This document shows positions 30,273 through 40,748 of a stretch of DNA of 64,000 nucleotides, one piece after another. Source of the DNA: Oopsacas minuta (Eukaryota > Animalia > Porifera); assembly GCA_024704765.1 (NCBI GenBank), contig JAKMXF010000354.1, positions 977,690 through 1,041,689 of the forward strand, in the 5' to 3' direction. Under the pieces are notes generated by a model. That model had not been told where the DNA came from and did no database searches. It worked only from the letters and a program-made list of their open reading frames with translations. The translations under genes and the position numbers were made by a program. Each line of letters begins with the position of its first letter. Position 1 is the stretch's first letter.

Positions 30273-32174
30273 TTACCATTTAAGATTGAGGGACTTGGAA
30301 AGAAGACGAGACTCATCAGCTGTTAATTTGAGGACGGAGGATAAAGGTACTAATAGTTCCTTTTTGTTCCCCTCACCCCCTGTCACGAACTGTAGCACTA
30401 CGTTCTTCAGATACTCAAGATTAGTGTCTTTTCTGGCTAGACAATTGTCCATGCGATTAATCTCGTTTTGAAGGAAAGACAGCTGTTCCAGGTGTTTTAT
30501 TTCTCGACCCTCTACCTCTCGTACAGCTCTCTCTGTCTCTTCAATTCTTAGCGCGGCTTCTCTCTTGCTATTCTTCTTACGTAGTTTAGTCTGTGACACA
30601 TGTAGAGATGATATATTATTATCATTATAATATCCTGACACAGATATGAACTGATTGACTGCACTCTCTGTCGGTTGTTGGTCCCTATAAGGAAGTGAGG
30701 AGAGATTATCACTAGGAGATCTGTTCTTGAGTCTACAAATCTCAGAATCTTTATCAGCTAACAGAGAGCTTGTGTGTTCTCTCAATCGTAGCAATTGAGA
30801 CTCCAGAGCTCCTATTTTAGATTTGTTCTCTATTGCCTTTCTCTCCACTTCTCTTTCGAACAGCTGATCACTCTTAAGTCCCTTTTCCCTCTCAGCAATC
30901 AGCTGTTCGCTAAGTTCTCGCTCTCTCACACGATAATTCCTTTCCGCATCATCTAACCTCAGTCTGTATTCCTCACATAACTTATCGCTATCTGTCTGAG
31001 GAGAGTGTATAGGTGTTACTTCCGGTTTGTGTCGTGCTAGTAGTGTTAATAGCTCTGAGGTACTCATAGCGCACGCCTCCTCAACTCCTATACTCTCTCC
31101 TAGCAACACATGTCTGAGTATGGTATGCAGGGTGGTGCGTAGTCGATTCTCTTGCTCGCTCAGCTTTATAATCGTGTCGAGTTGACTTGAGTCAGCTGAT
31201 TGGGGTGTCACATAGGTCTCTTGTCTCAGTTCAGATATCTCTCTATCCTGTGACGTCACCTGGGTCTGGTACCTTCCTACTAACCCTGAGAGCTCAGCTA
31301 CACGTCCCTCTAGATCAGATGTTGTATCATACCTCTGTCTATTTGAGAGTCTAAGCTCAGATTCTATTTTACTAATCTTCATCTCTTGATCTCCCAGAGA
31401 GCTCCTCTGCTCTCTTAATATTTTATCAGTCTCCTCTGCTTTCAGTTCACTGATTCTCCAACTCTCATTAGCTTCCTCTACCTGTCGCTGGAGAGATAGG
31501 ATCTGTTGTAAGTACCGCGACTCCTCTCTCTCACTTAGTCCCTTCTCCAGTTCTGCAATCCTCTCCCGTAACTCTGAGCACGCCAGGGACAGCTGTGTAT
31601 TCTCTGTCTTTAAGTTAATAACCTCCTCCTTCAAGCCCTGTCTCTCTTTCAACAGACTGCATAGATCTTTCTCAGCCTGTTCTAAGTTGTCTGTGAGTGT
31701 CTTTCGCTGACATTTCTGTTCGTGAATACTCTGCTTCTTATCTTCCTGGTAGTTAGCCTCAATACGAGCCTTCTCTTCCGTCAGTGTAGCAACTGCTTGA
31801 GTTAACACGGACACGTCATCTGTCACATTGTCCTTATCCTCCTGTGAACTCTCCCCTTCACTATCCCCTCCTACCCCGGTGGGTCTGGAGAGGGTCCTCT
31901 GGGCTAGGCTAGCCTTCAGACTTGTCTCTAAGGTGTCACGCTCTGTTTGCAGGTGTTTATATGCGCGTACAACATCTTTAAATCTGCGCTCGTAAGTACC
32001 GGATTGTTTTGTTAGAACCTGTACGTACCGGACAAGTTCAGCCCTTGAGGCTGTTTCTAAATTAGAATTATATTCTGTATCAGGCCTGACTGCTCCTGAC
32101 AGAGACTCATCACTATCACTCTGTGTCGTATTAGGACTATTAGCTCGCAAGGACATATTGCTTAACTTCCACAT
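30273..32174 (-). CDS. GCC1: GRIP and coiled-coil domain-containing protein 1 (golgin)
   Basis: YERRFKDVVRAYKHLQTERDTLETSLKA (GCC1 N-terminal motif), long coiled coil, C-terminal GRIP domain NLEYLKNVVLQFV...LVPLSSVLKLTADE. Confidence 0.88.
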   Translation of the reverse strand: MWKLSNMSLRANSPNTTQSDSDESLSGAVRPDTEYNSNLETASRAELVRYVQVLTKQSGTYERRFKDVVRAYKHLQTERDTLETSLKASLAQRTLSRPTGVGGDSEGESSQEDKDNVTDDVSVLTQAVATLTEEKARIEANYQEDKKQSIHEQKCQRKTLTDNLEQAEKDLCSLLKERQGLKEEVINLKTENTQLSLACSELRERIAELEKGLSEREESRYLQQILSLQRQVEEANESWRISELKAEETDKILREQRSSLGDQEMKISKIESELRLSNRQRYDTTSDLEGRVAELSGLVGRYQTQVTSQDREISELRQETYVTPQSADSSQLDTIIKLSEQENRLRTTLHTILRHVLLGESIGVEEACAMSTSELLTLLARHKPEVTPIHSPQTDSDKLCEEYRLRLDDAERNYRVRERELSEQLIAEREKGLKSDQLFEREVERKAIENKSKIGALESQLLRLREHTSSLLADKDSEICRLKNRSPSDNLSSLPYRDQQPTESAVNQFISVSGYYNDNNISSLHVSQTKLRKKNSKREAALRIEETERAVREVEGREIKHLEQLSFLQNEINRMDNCLARKDTNLEYLKNVVLQFVTGGEGNKKELLVPLSSVLKLTADESRLLSKSLNLKW

Positions 32175-32884
32175 TGCATTATAATTCTAGAATATTCCTA
32201 ATTAATTGGATAATATAATTAGTTGCTAATATTGAGGTGTTAATTCACACAATTGTGGTGAATATTTGTTAAAAAATTGGAGCTCCTGTTGACGTTGCAT
32301 GGTTTATCAAATAATTATTGATAACAATATAATTAAGAATAGATAACACGTGAAAAATGAAATTTGCAGAAGACAGCATTCTGTAAATTTTTCTCTATGA
32401 ACCGATTGTACCAAGACACACGTGTTATATCTCACGAATATTCTCTAATGTTTGACTGTCAGCAATTTGATAGCAATAGAATAGTAATAGTGTCATGGTT
32501 TAAGCGAATTAGCAATTCTATTTTCGTGTATACTATTTCTGGAATGATGGACAGTTGCATACCGAACACGAACAGCAACTTCAGAAATATAAAGGTTAAA
32601 GTCGTGCTCGCCTACTAGCAATTCGTCAAATACCAAAGTTCACAAATTGGCAAGGACATTCTTGCGGAATGCAAATTGCAAATAAACGGACTCAAGCAAA
32701 GTGCATAAATAATCATAAAAATCTGAAAAATTAATTAGAATCAACAGTTGCAAATAGTTTCGGTTAATACAAGCTAAATGCAACTTTCCAATTTCCTTTA
32801 AACATATTTGAATAATATTATTAGTAATGATGTGACGCTTAACTTTATTCAACTATCTAAACCTCCCTTGTACATACGATGAAC

Positions 32885-33328
32885 CTCAGAGATGCCTGGG
32901 CCGATTCGAACCAAATTTTGTGTGTCGACTAATTAGTACTCAACCTTTCCAATTAAGAAATATTTTTCGAATCGAACCATTTGTGGATAAGATATGTGAA
33001 TTTATCACCTCGCCCATATAAATCAATGCATTTTCGGAGTAGGTGATAATATCACCTACAAATCAATAGACACCGTAGTGGATCAGAATAATGCTGTTCA
33101 ATATTCAACTGAGTTTCTAAACTCCTTGCAACCACCAGGATTACCACCTCACAGGTTATCACTCAAAATCGGAGCACCTATCATGCTTTTGATTGTTCAC
33201 TAAGAGCTATTACATGCGGATGCGTAGTGTTCGCAAACTCCAAAAGACAATCGTGAGGACCGAAGGCCCGAAAAAGCATTCGCAGGAACTAGCAGAAAAA
33301 GCTGCCCAGAGGGCGGAGTTGTGGCTAG
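32885..33328 (+). mobile_element. Non-autonomous Helitron with a PIF1-helicase fragment (copy 2)
   Basis: Inverted near-identical copy of 11239-11690. Ends CTGCCC-AGA-GGGCGG...CTAG|T. Confidence 0.85.
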
Positions 33329-33532
33329 TATTTACATATAATCAGATACCTACAATAGTTATTCAATTGGTATTACTGCGGATAAAGGGAACATATGTGA
33401 CAGTCCGTTGGTGTTTGTATTAACGAGGTTCCATTGTAACTCCATTAATAATTAGAATATTGAATGTGCCATTTTATTGCTTATATTGAAAGAACAAAAA
33501 ACGTAAATATTTGCAAATAAAGCTATAAATTA

Positions 33533-34339
33533 TTAATAATCTTGTTTATGAGGAGTAAAGGTGAATACTGCCGCGTTTGGTTCGTTAGCTGTAAAATCGA
33601 GAGACATATCTGACTGTGCTAAGTAGAACGGGTCCATATTTGATGTCAAAAATGTTATCATCGATTGCATGACCCCCTCGGGCTGGAATGTACTGATAAA
33701 TCGTGAGTAGTTGGATATCAATTTCGGGTTGTCAGGGGTCCTGATTTTGCTGGGGATCAAACTTGGTTTACCATAGGGCCAGGCTGCATTAGCTTGTAGT
33801 ATATGGACCTTACTTTTCTTGGAGTATACATCTGTTATGTAGAGTAACGAGCAGTATGTGTAATTGTTATTTAACCGTTGAGCTGAGGAATTGTATGTGT
33901 AGAGAAAGAATGTATTATTGCTATCCACTTCCTCTTCAAGAGATACAAATTTCTGTTCTCCTCGCTCGCTAACTTCAACGTTATACTCCCCATCTGCAGT
34001 TTTTAGTGATAAATTTCCAAAGTAGAACTTCAAATTTGATATTTCTCCCAGCTGCTCGATACTGCTTAGATATGTTTGCACTTTCAGAGCGAATCGGTTT
34101 TCGGTTAAATCGATGGCTTCTGAACCCACACTGTTCTCCCCACTGGACCCTGAATGTTTATATCGAAACCTTTTCAGAAGTGTTTCAGAACTGTCAAAAC
34201 TCCTGAAGATAGGAATCGATATAGGTTTACCGAAGGATTTAATATCTGGGACCTGATCCAACATGTCACCACAGCTCATGTGCTTTTTCGAGTCCTTTTT
34301 ATTATGCTTTGAGTCCTTAGTACTGTAATTAGCTCCCAT
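33533..34339 (-). CDS. IL-1-family-like beta-trefoil protein, paralog 1 (268 aa, N-myristoylation motif MGANYS)
   Basis: Intronless ORF, clearly paralogous to 35747-36574 and 38835-39494, with a TATA box upstream. The fold assignment is by manual motif alignment only. Confidence 0.6.
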   Translation of the reverse strand: [268 protein letters not shown]

Positions 34340-34396
34340 TGAAGTCCTTTCTTAGATGTAGTGAGTTGTATTTGAATTTTAACTCCATTTTACGGA

Positions 34397-34405
34397 CTAT
34401 TTATA
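34397..34405 (-). promoter_or_regulatory. TATA box of IL-1-like paralog 1 within a ~100-bp upstream block shared with paralog 3
   Basis: TATAAATAG about 57 nt upstream of the ATG. The same block (with TATATATAG at 39560-39552) lies upstream of paralog 3. Confidence 0.5.
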
Positions 34406-35746
34406 TTAGTTCAAGCACTAAGCAATCCATTAATATCACTATTGTTATGGTATTTTGCTGTCTTGTAATATGTAAGATGATAAAGTTAGAATGTTCTATG
34501 AAAAATAATATTTATAAGCTCATAGAAATTAGTAAATAACTTTCATTATGACTTGACTTGAATTCCTCTCGGATATTTCTGCAATAGAGCTGGTAGGAAG
34601 GGTGTTTACGGCATCGTATTAGTGTTCAGAGTTAGTAGACTCAATTGCAGATTAATATTTAGAAATGTATCCAAAAACTGGTTAATATAATTACTCCCAT
34701 ATCCCATCACAATTTTCACAATAAAAACTGATTATAAGAGAGAAATCTTGAATCATCCATCGCGTGTGAGTGCTGGGTGGAGTTTAAACACCTGCATATA
34801 GATATTATAACTATCCACCCGCTCAATGTCATGAGATTATATTATTCAATTATATTTGCTGATTGTAATCCTCGTCCTTTCTACATATCATCAAATTCCC
34901 TTTTATAGATCTAATCCAAGGGGGAGGAGATTACGATTGACGAATACTTATAAGGAGTGTCCAAGAAAGTGTAATATTGTAGTACATCATCTTGCCTATT
35001 CAATGAGTAATTATTAATGTATAATAGCTTTCGGTTTCAAGTTTGACAGAATTATCACTGAATTGTAATTCGTAATACTATTCATGTATCAGAGGGCAGT
35101 GTATATGTTTCACTAACGATATTATTCATTTTCGCATGCGTGTTTTTTGATTTCAAGTAGGATGTTAGAGAGATTTGTTTCTCTTAGAATTTGTATTAAA
35201 TTTGTTGGCTTAAAATTAAGTCTCAATGCACCAGATTTCTGGTACACTGGAGAGGACACTCACCATAACTGTAGACAGTGGGAAAAACGTGTATAATTTC
35301 TCGATAAGAATACTGGAGAGGACACTCATTAAGTTTCGTATTTGTAAGGGCCTGCTAAAATGCTCTTTGTATAGTGTATATTGGCAAAACACCAAATAAC
35401 TATATTAGATGATGCAACAGGCTGAGAAGTCAATTTTGCTCTTCTCGCTAAGTATGTTGGGTTAAAATACAATTGCCAATTATGTAATTCAATAGATGGA
35501 CAATGCTATACAATTGCTTCAGCCATTTTCCCTTACAAACTAATCGGCGAAGCTCAATACAATAAGGCACATCGTTAAAAGTATAATACGTATTATCTTA
35601 GAACTACTCAGTGTGATATCATTAGTTTTTGGCTACATATACAGGAGTATGGATGGTATACAAAAAGTGATTGCTAGACTTTAGGGGAATAGAAAGTATA
35701 TAAACGAGAATTAGCAGACCATTTAATCAAATTAAAATAGGAACAA

Positions 35747-36568
35747 ATGGGATCATCACTAAGTTTGAAAAGACGAGTAGAGGCGACGACGAATGACTTT
35801 ACTGTTATCAGGCCAAATAGTTGTGACATTCTGAGCGACAGTTATCCAGAGAGGAGGTTAGATATCCCTTCAAAAAGGCAGAGAAATAATAGTTTCGATA
35901 ATATCCTGACCTATCGAAAGAACCCGATTCTCATATCTCCCAAGCGTGACTTTGGAAGTTGCAGCAGTAATGATGACGATACATATCTTGACATAACTGA
36001 AAACCGCTTCTTAAAGAAAGTGCAATTGTATCTCCGAAGCTTAGAACAGTTAGGAGATATTTCAAATCTGAAATTCCACTACGGTCATCTTAAAATGAAG
36101 ACAGAGGACGGGGAAGAGGTCAATATGGAGGTACATGATCAAGATTACGACCTAGGAGAGCCGCTGATCGCCCTCAAGCCCGAGACCAATGAGAACAATT
36201 TCTTATTCGTTTACACATACTGTTCATCAGCGAAAGCCCTTAGCTCTCGCTACACGAATATTTCAATGATCTACATTACAGACGTGCATCGATCAAAATC
36301 CAAATACCACATTCTACAAGCAGGGATGACCCCGCAAGGACAGCCAACATTCATACCACGCAAGATCCGAGTACCCGACAACCCCAAATTAACGTCACCC
36401 TTCTCTCGTTTCATCGGTATATTGCAATCTGGGGGACTCGGTCGCACCATGCTTCTCTTCCTGACCAGCAGTATGGAACCGTACTACCTAGCACAGAGTG
36501 ATATGTCACTGGATTTTACTAAAGATGATAGACGAGCAGTAGTGTTAGAATTTAAGCCACAGTATTAC

Positions 36569-36574
<6 letters not shown>
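35747..36574 (+). CDS. IL-1-family-like beta-trefoil protein, paralog 2 (275 aa, N-myristoylation motif MGSSLS)
   Basis: Shares ENRF.KKVQ.YL.S.EQLGDISNLKF, YITDV..SKSK.HILQA, KIR.PDNPKL...[15 protein letters not shown] with paralog 1. TATATAAA at 35697-35704. Confidence 0.6.

Positions 36575-36656
<82 letters not shown>
36570..36656. repeat. (AAT)29 microsatellite
   Basis: Perfect AAT run beginning in the last codon and stop of paralog 2. Confidence 0.97.
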
Positions 36657-36657
<1 letters not shown>

Positions 36658-36760
36658 TCCTATTTTGCTGCTTATTTCGGTTTATTCTATTTCTATGGTT
36701 ACTCTAAGCGTAATTATTAACAATCAAAGAAGCTTAATATTTATATTTTCAGTAACAACA

Positions 36761-36918
36761 CATACTTGCTAACCTGAGTGAAGGAAAAAAGCGGGAAGGA
36801 AGGCATTAATTTAGCGGGACATAGCGGGATAATGAGGGCTTCTAGCAAGTTTTGGCGGGACAATAGCTTCATTGGCGCTCAACACATGTCCGAAAAAGCG
36901 GGACAGTTTGCAAGTATG
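36761..36918. mobile_element. MITE with 13-bp TIRs and a 5-bp direct flank (hAT-like)
   Basis: CAACA|CATACTTGCTAAC ... GTTTGCAAGTATG|CAACA, with five internal GCGGGA motifs. Confidence 0.7.
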
Positions 36919-37688
36919 CAACAGTTAAGAGAATATCGAATAAATATTGTTAATAGTCAAGTCCGAGGTTCCCAAACTATTCACCCGTGACCTCCTATAC
37001 CAAAAATAATTGTAACACGTTATGTGGACCTCTCCCATTGACTGCAATAGAATTTTGAGATCCTATAGACCCCCTGCTGCCGTCCGTGGACCCCAGGCTA
37101 GGTTGGGGTCCACTGATTTAAGAATTGGACCGTAAGGTTAGATTAAATATTGCGGTAGTCGCAAAGGATAATTATATCATATTTGGCTTGCCAACTTGTG
37201 GGGAAAAGTATATAAGGGCAGAGGTTGGGTTTTATCGGGATACAATTGGAACTTTTCGATGGGGCATGACGCTAAATATGTCCTGGAATGGAGACAGTAT
37301 ACAAATTGTATCATACAGTGAAATTGATATTTCTCCGCGGTTAATACGAACTCCAGATAAAGCAAACACATTTTGGTTGTCCGATGGTGTTCGTATCAAT
37401 GAGGTTCCACTGTATTCGAAGATATTAATAAGGCCAAAGTCTTATAATTATAAGATTTACGACGTATTTACTATACAACTAAGGAATATGCCATATGGAA
37501 AGGATGTGAGTAGATAGAAGGGAGTTGCATTACATATCATCTAAAGAATATCAGTTTTCGCCGTAGCCAAAAAACTACTTCCACTCTTGATTTGAATAAC
37601 ATTATACCAGTCTACTAGAGGGATGTATTATCTAATACTCTTATTTCATCCAAATATTTAGTAATTCATTGAGAAGTTGTGTCGTATA

Positions 37689-38593
37689 CAGTCAGGGGAC
37701 AAAAGTATTCGACCACACAAATATATTGTCATAAATTGTATACTCTTTCCCGCTCCTATATATTGTGTAGTCTATATTCGTAGCTGCTATCTAGTAATTT
37801 GTATAGAATAACATATGTTTTTCAAGAATTTCAAAAAAATATTTTCGATTTACACTTTTTGAAGGTGTTAATTATTAATAATTATTAGATAATTATTGAT
37901 AATCAAAATATGTGGTAATTCAAAACCTATTAAGAATCTATAATTTCTGACTTGAAATTTGAATTCTACTTAGGCGAGTTACCCCAGATTAAATTTCCAA
38001 TCGGATTGAACAATTTTTGCCAAAGTTATAGATGAATTTCAATTTGTGCCATTTGTGCCACCTTTTCCCCAAGGGGCACAAGTGGCCGTTACCAAGAGGT
38101 TATTTTGTAATTCAAGGGTTAGCATAGTCATATAATCCGAAAATATTACTATGACTTATTCCTCCTAACCCTAGTTGATTTCCTTGTAGTGGCGCTTTTT
38201 CCAGCCACCAGTGTCACTTTTGCAACAAGTGGCACAAATTGAAATTCATCTATAACTTTGGTAAAAATTGTTCAATCCGATTGGAAATTTCAATCTGGGG
38301 TAACTCGCCTAAGTAGAATTCAAATATCAAGTCAGAAATTATAGATTCTTAATAGGTTTTGAATTACCACATATTTTGATTATCAATAATTATCTAATAA
38401 TTATTAATAATTAACACCTTCAAAAAGTGTAAATCTAAAATATTTTTTTGAAATTCTTGAAAAACATATGTTATTCTACACAAATTACTAGATAGCAGCT
38501 ACGAATATAGACTACACAGTGTATAGGAGCGGGAAAGAGTATACAATTTATGACAATATATTTGTGTGGTCGAATACTTTTGTCCCCTGACTG
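37689..38593. mobile_element. Non-autonomous Tc1/mariner foldback element with ~363-bp TIRs
   Basis: TA|CAGTCAGGGGACAAAAGT ... ACTTTTGTCCCCTGACTG|TA. Arms 37689-38051 and 38230-38593 are near-perfect reverse complements around a 178-bp non-coding core. Confidence 0.92.
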
Positions 38594-38834
38594 TATATCA
38601 TATAATTAGAGAAATAGCTGAAAAGTACATTTTAGTGTTTTCACGAGCACTTCAGTATAACTAGAGTTTACCGTATGTATTCCTTCATAACACAATATAT
38701 GAATAGTTTACTACATCTGTAATAGTGAAATTCTAATTCAAAATATAGCAAACCAACACACAACAAACTATACTGAAAAAACAAACAAACACACAAACAA
38801 ACAAACACACAACATGCATTGAGATATGATATAA

Positions 38835-39494
38835 TCAGATGTGTTGTTTGTGAGGTGTAAAGGTGAATAATACTGCATTCTTGCCGTTGTCTGTCAGATT
38901 GAGGGATGTATCGTTCTTTGCTAGATAGAATATTTCCATGTTTGGTGTCACAAATGTTATCATCGATTGCATGACTGTCTCAGAATGAAAAGTACCGACA
39001 AAGCGTGAGTATGGGGAGAACAGCTTATGGTAGTTAGGGGTCAGGATTCTACTTGATACGAAGCTTGGTTTACCATATGGCCTGTCTGTATTAGCCTGTA
39101 GTATATGGACCTTACTTTTACTGGAGTATACATCTGTTATGTAGAGAAACGAGCAGTGGTTGAGACGTTTAGCTGTGGAATTGTATGTGTATAGCAGAAA
39201 TGTATTTTTGCTATTGACTTCATCTTCAAGAGATATTAACGTTTCATCTCCTTCCTCGCTAACCTCAACGTTATACTCCCCATCTCCAGTTTTCAAAGAT
39301 AAATTTCCAAAGGAGAACGTTAAATTTGTTATGTCGCCCTCTTGCTCGATACTGCTTAGATATCTTCGCACTTTCTGAGCGAATGGGTTTTCGCTGAAGG
39401 TTGTAAAATTAACTGGGACCTCACCCAACATGTTATCATTGATAATTTGCTTCTTTTTGTGCCGTCTGTGATGTCTCGAGTGTTTAGCTCCCAT
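38835..39494 (-). CDS. IL-1-family-like beta-trefoil protein, paralog 3 (219 aa, N-myristoylation motif MGAKHS)
   Basis: Close paralog of 33533-34339 with a shorter N-terminal region; shares the upstream promoter block. Confidence 0.6.
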   Translation of the reverse strand: [219 protein letters not shown]

Positions 39495-40748
39495 TTTAGC
39501 CTTTCTTAGATGTGACGAATTTATGTTTGAATTTTAACTCCATCTAACGGACTATATATAATCCTTCAAGCACGAAAACTGCTTAAAGTTTATTTTTGCC
39601 CGCGTAAAGAGAGTAATTAAATAGAATTATGATTATAGCAATTCTCAACAGTCATACAGGTAAACAAATTCCATTAGAAAAGTATTATGAGTGTATTTCT
39701 GCGGTATTAAAGCTATTAATTAGAATTACAGAATCATCATTTCTAGAATTTTTCTGGAAATTAATTCGCCATTTTTGAATTTTGCATTGTAGACAAATAA
39801 GTTACAGTCAGTGTTACATTTAAGGAATCGGAGGGGGGGGAAGCAGGGATGTCCTGCTCTAATTATAAGTATGGGAGCGGCGCTCCCACCCGCTCCCACA
39901 TCAGGACACCACTAGGGGGAGGGTATTCCCCTGATATTTTCCCATATTTCGATCTTACCCCTCCGAATATTCGCTTAAATTCGCTCGATCCGCAGAAATT
40001 TGACTGAATTTATAACATTTGGCCAGTACCACCCAGATTTTGACAACAACCTCCGTCAGATGTGCTGCACCTCGAAGGTTAGAGGGAACACTGGTTATAG
40101 TTGAACTCTGATAAGACGTCCCCCATCGGAAACAAAAATGAGTACGTAATAACATATGTAGAGTTGATGAGTTATTCATGAATTATATAATGTACTGCTA
40201 TCTATGATTTAAGATAGGAAAGTATGTAATTTCAATCTTCCTCTAGGTAGTACAAAATTACAATTACTAATCTTAAAGTTGAAACGTCATTTACGAGAGT
40301 AGGCAACTTACATGAATAGGAAGGATAATTAAAATATAATTATTCGCCTACTGCCGAGGCGAGCTAGCAGATTGTACGCAGAACGATTGAGTTGGATAAG
40401 TTCACCTGTTGAAAACGTAACCATTACAAGCTTTGAATGTTATTAATAATTCAGTAGATATCGGATTACGTAGTGAAAGATACGTCTGTCCTGAATCTTT
40501 GAGATAAAACAGAGACTTTCAATTCAATGAGCAAATAAATATAATATTCACTCCAAGTGAAGAATAAAACAACCAAAAATTAGCTGTAGGAAAGTATTCA
40601 GCCAATTTTTATTTATCACATTTTATCGTATGTACGGTATTCTGTTTCTCCAACAATATATTCAATATTTACTTTCAAGAATAATAACAAAATAATAACA
40701 AAATAATAAGAATTCGAATTCCTGTTTTAGATCGTATATCAGAGTTAA

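Noticed and set aside
33193-33423. 76-aa ORF
   Set aside because: It lies across the 3' end of the Helitron copy; not an independent gene.
39921-39931. GGGTATTCCCC as an NF-kB site upstream of IL-1-like paralog 3
   Set aside because: Imperfect match to GGGRNNYYCC, located in a GC-rich repeat-like patch, and not seen upstream of paralogs 1 or 2.
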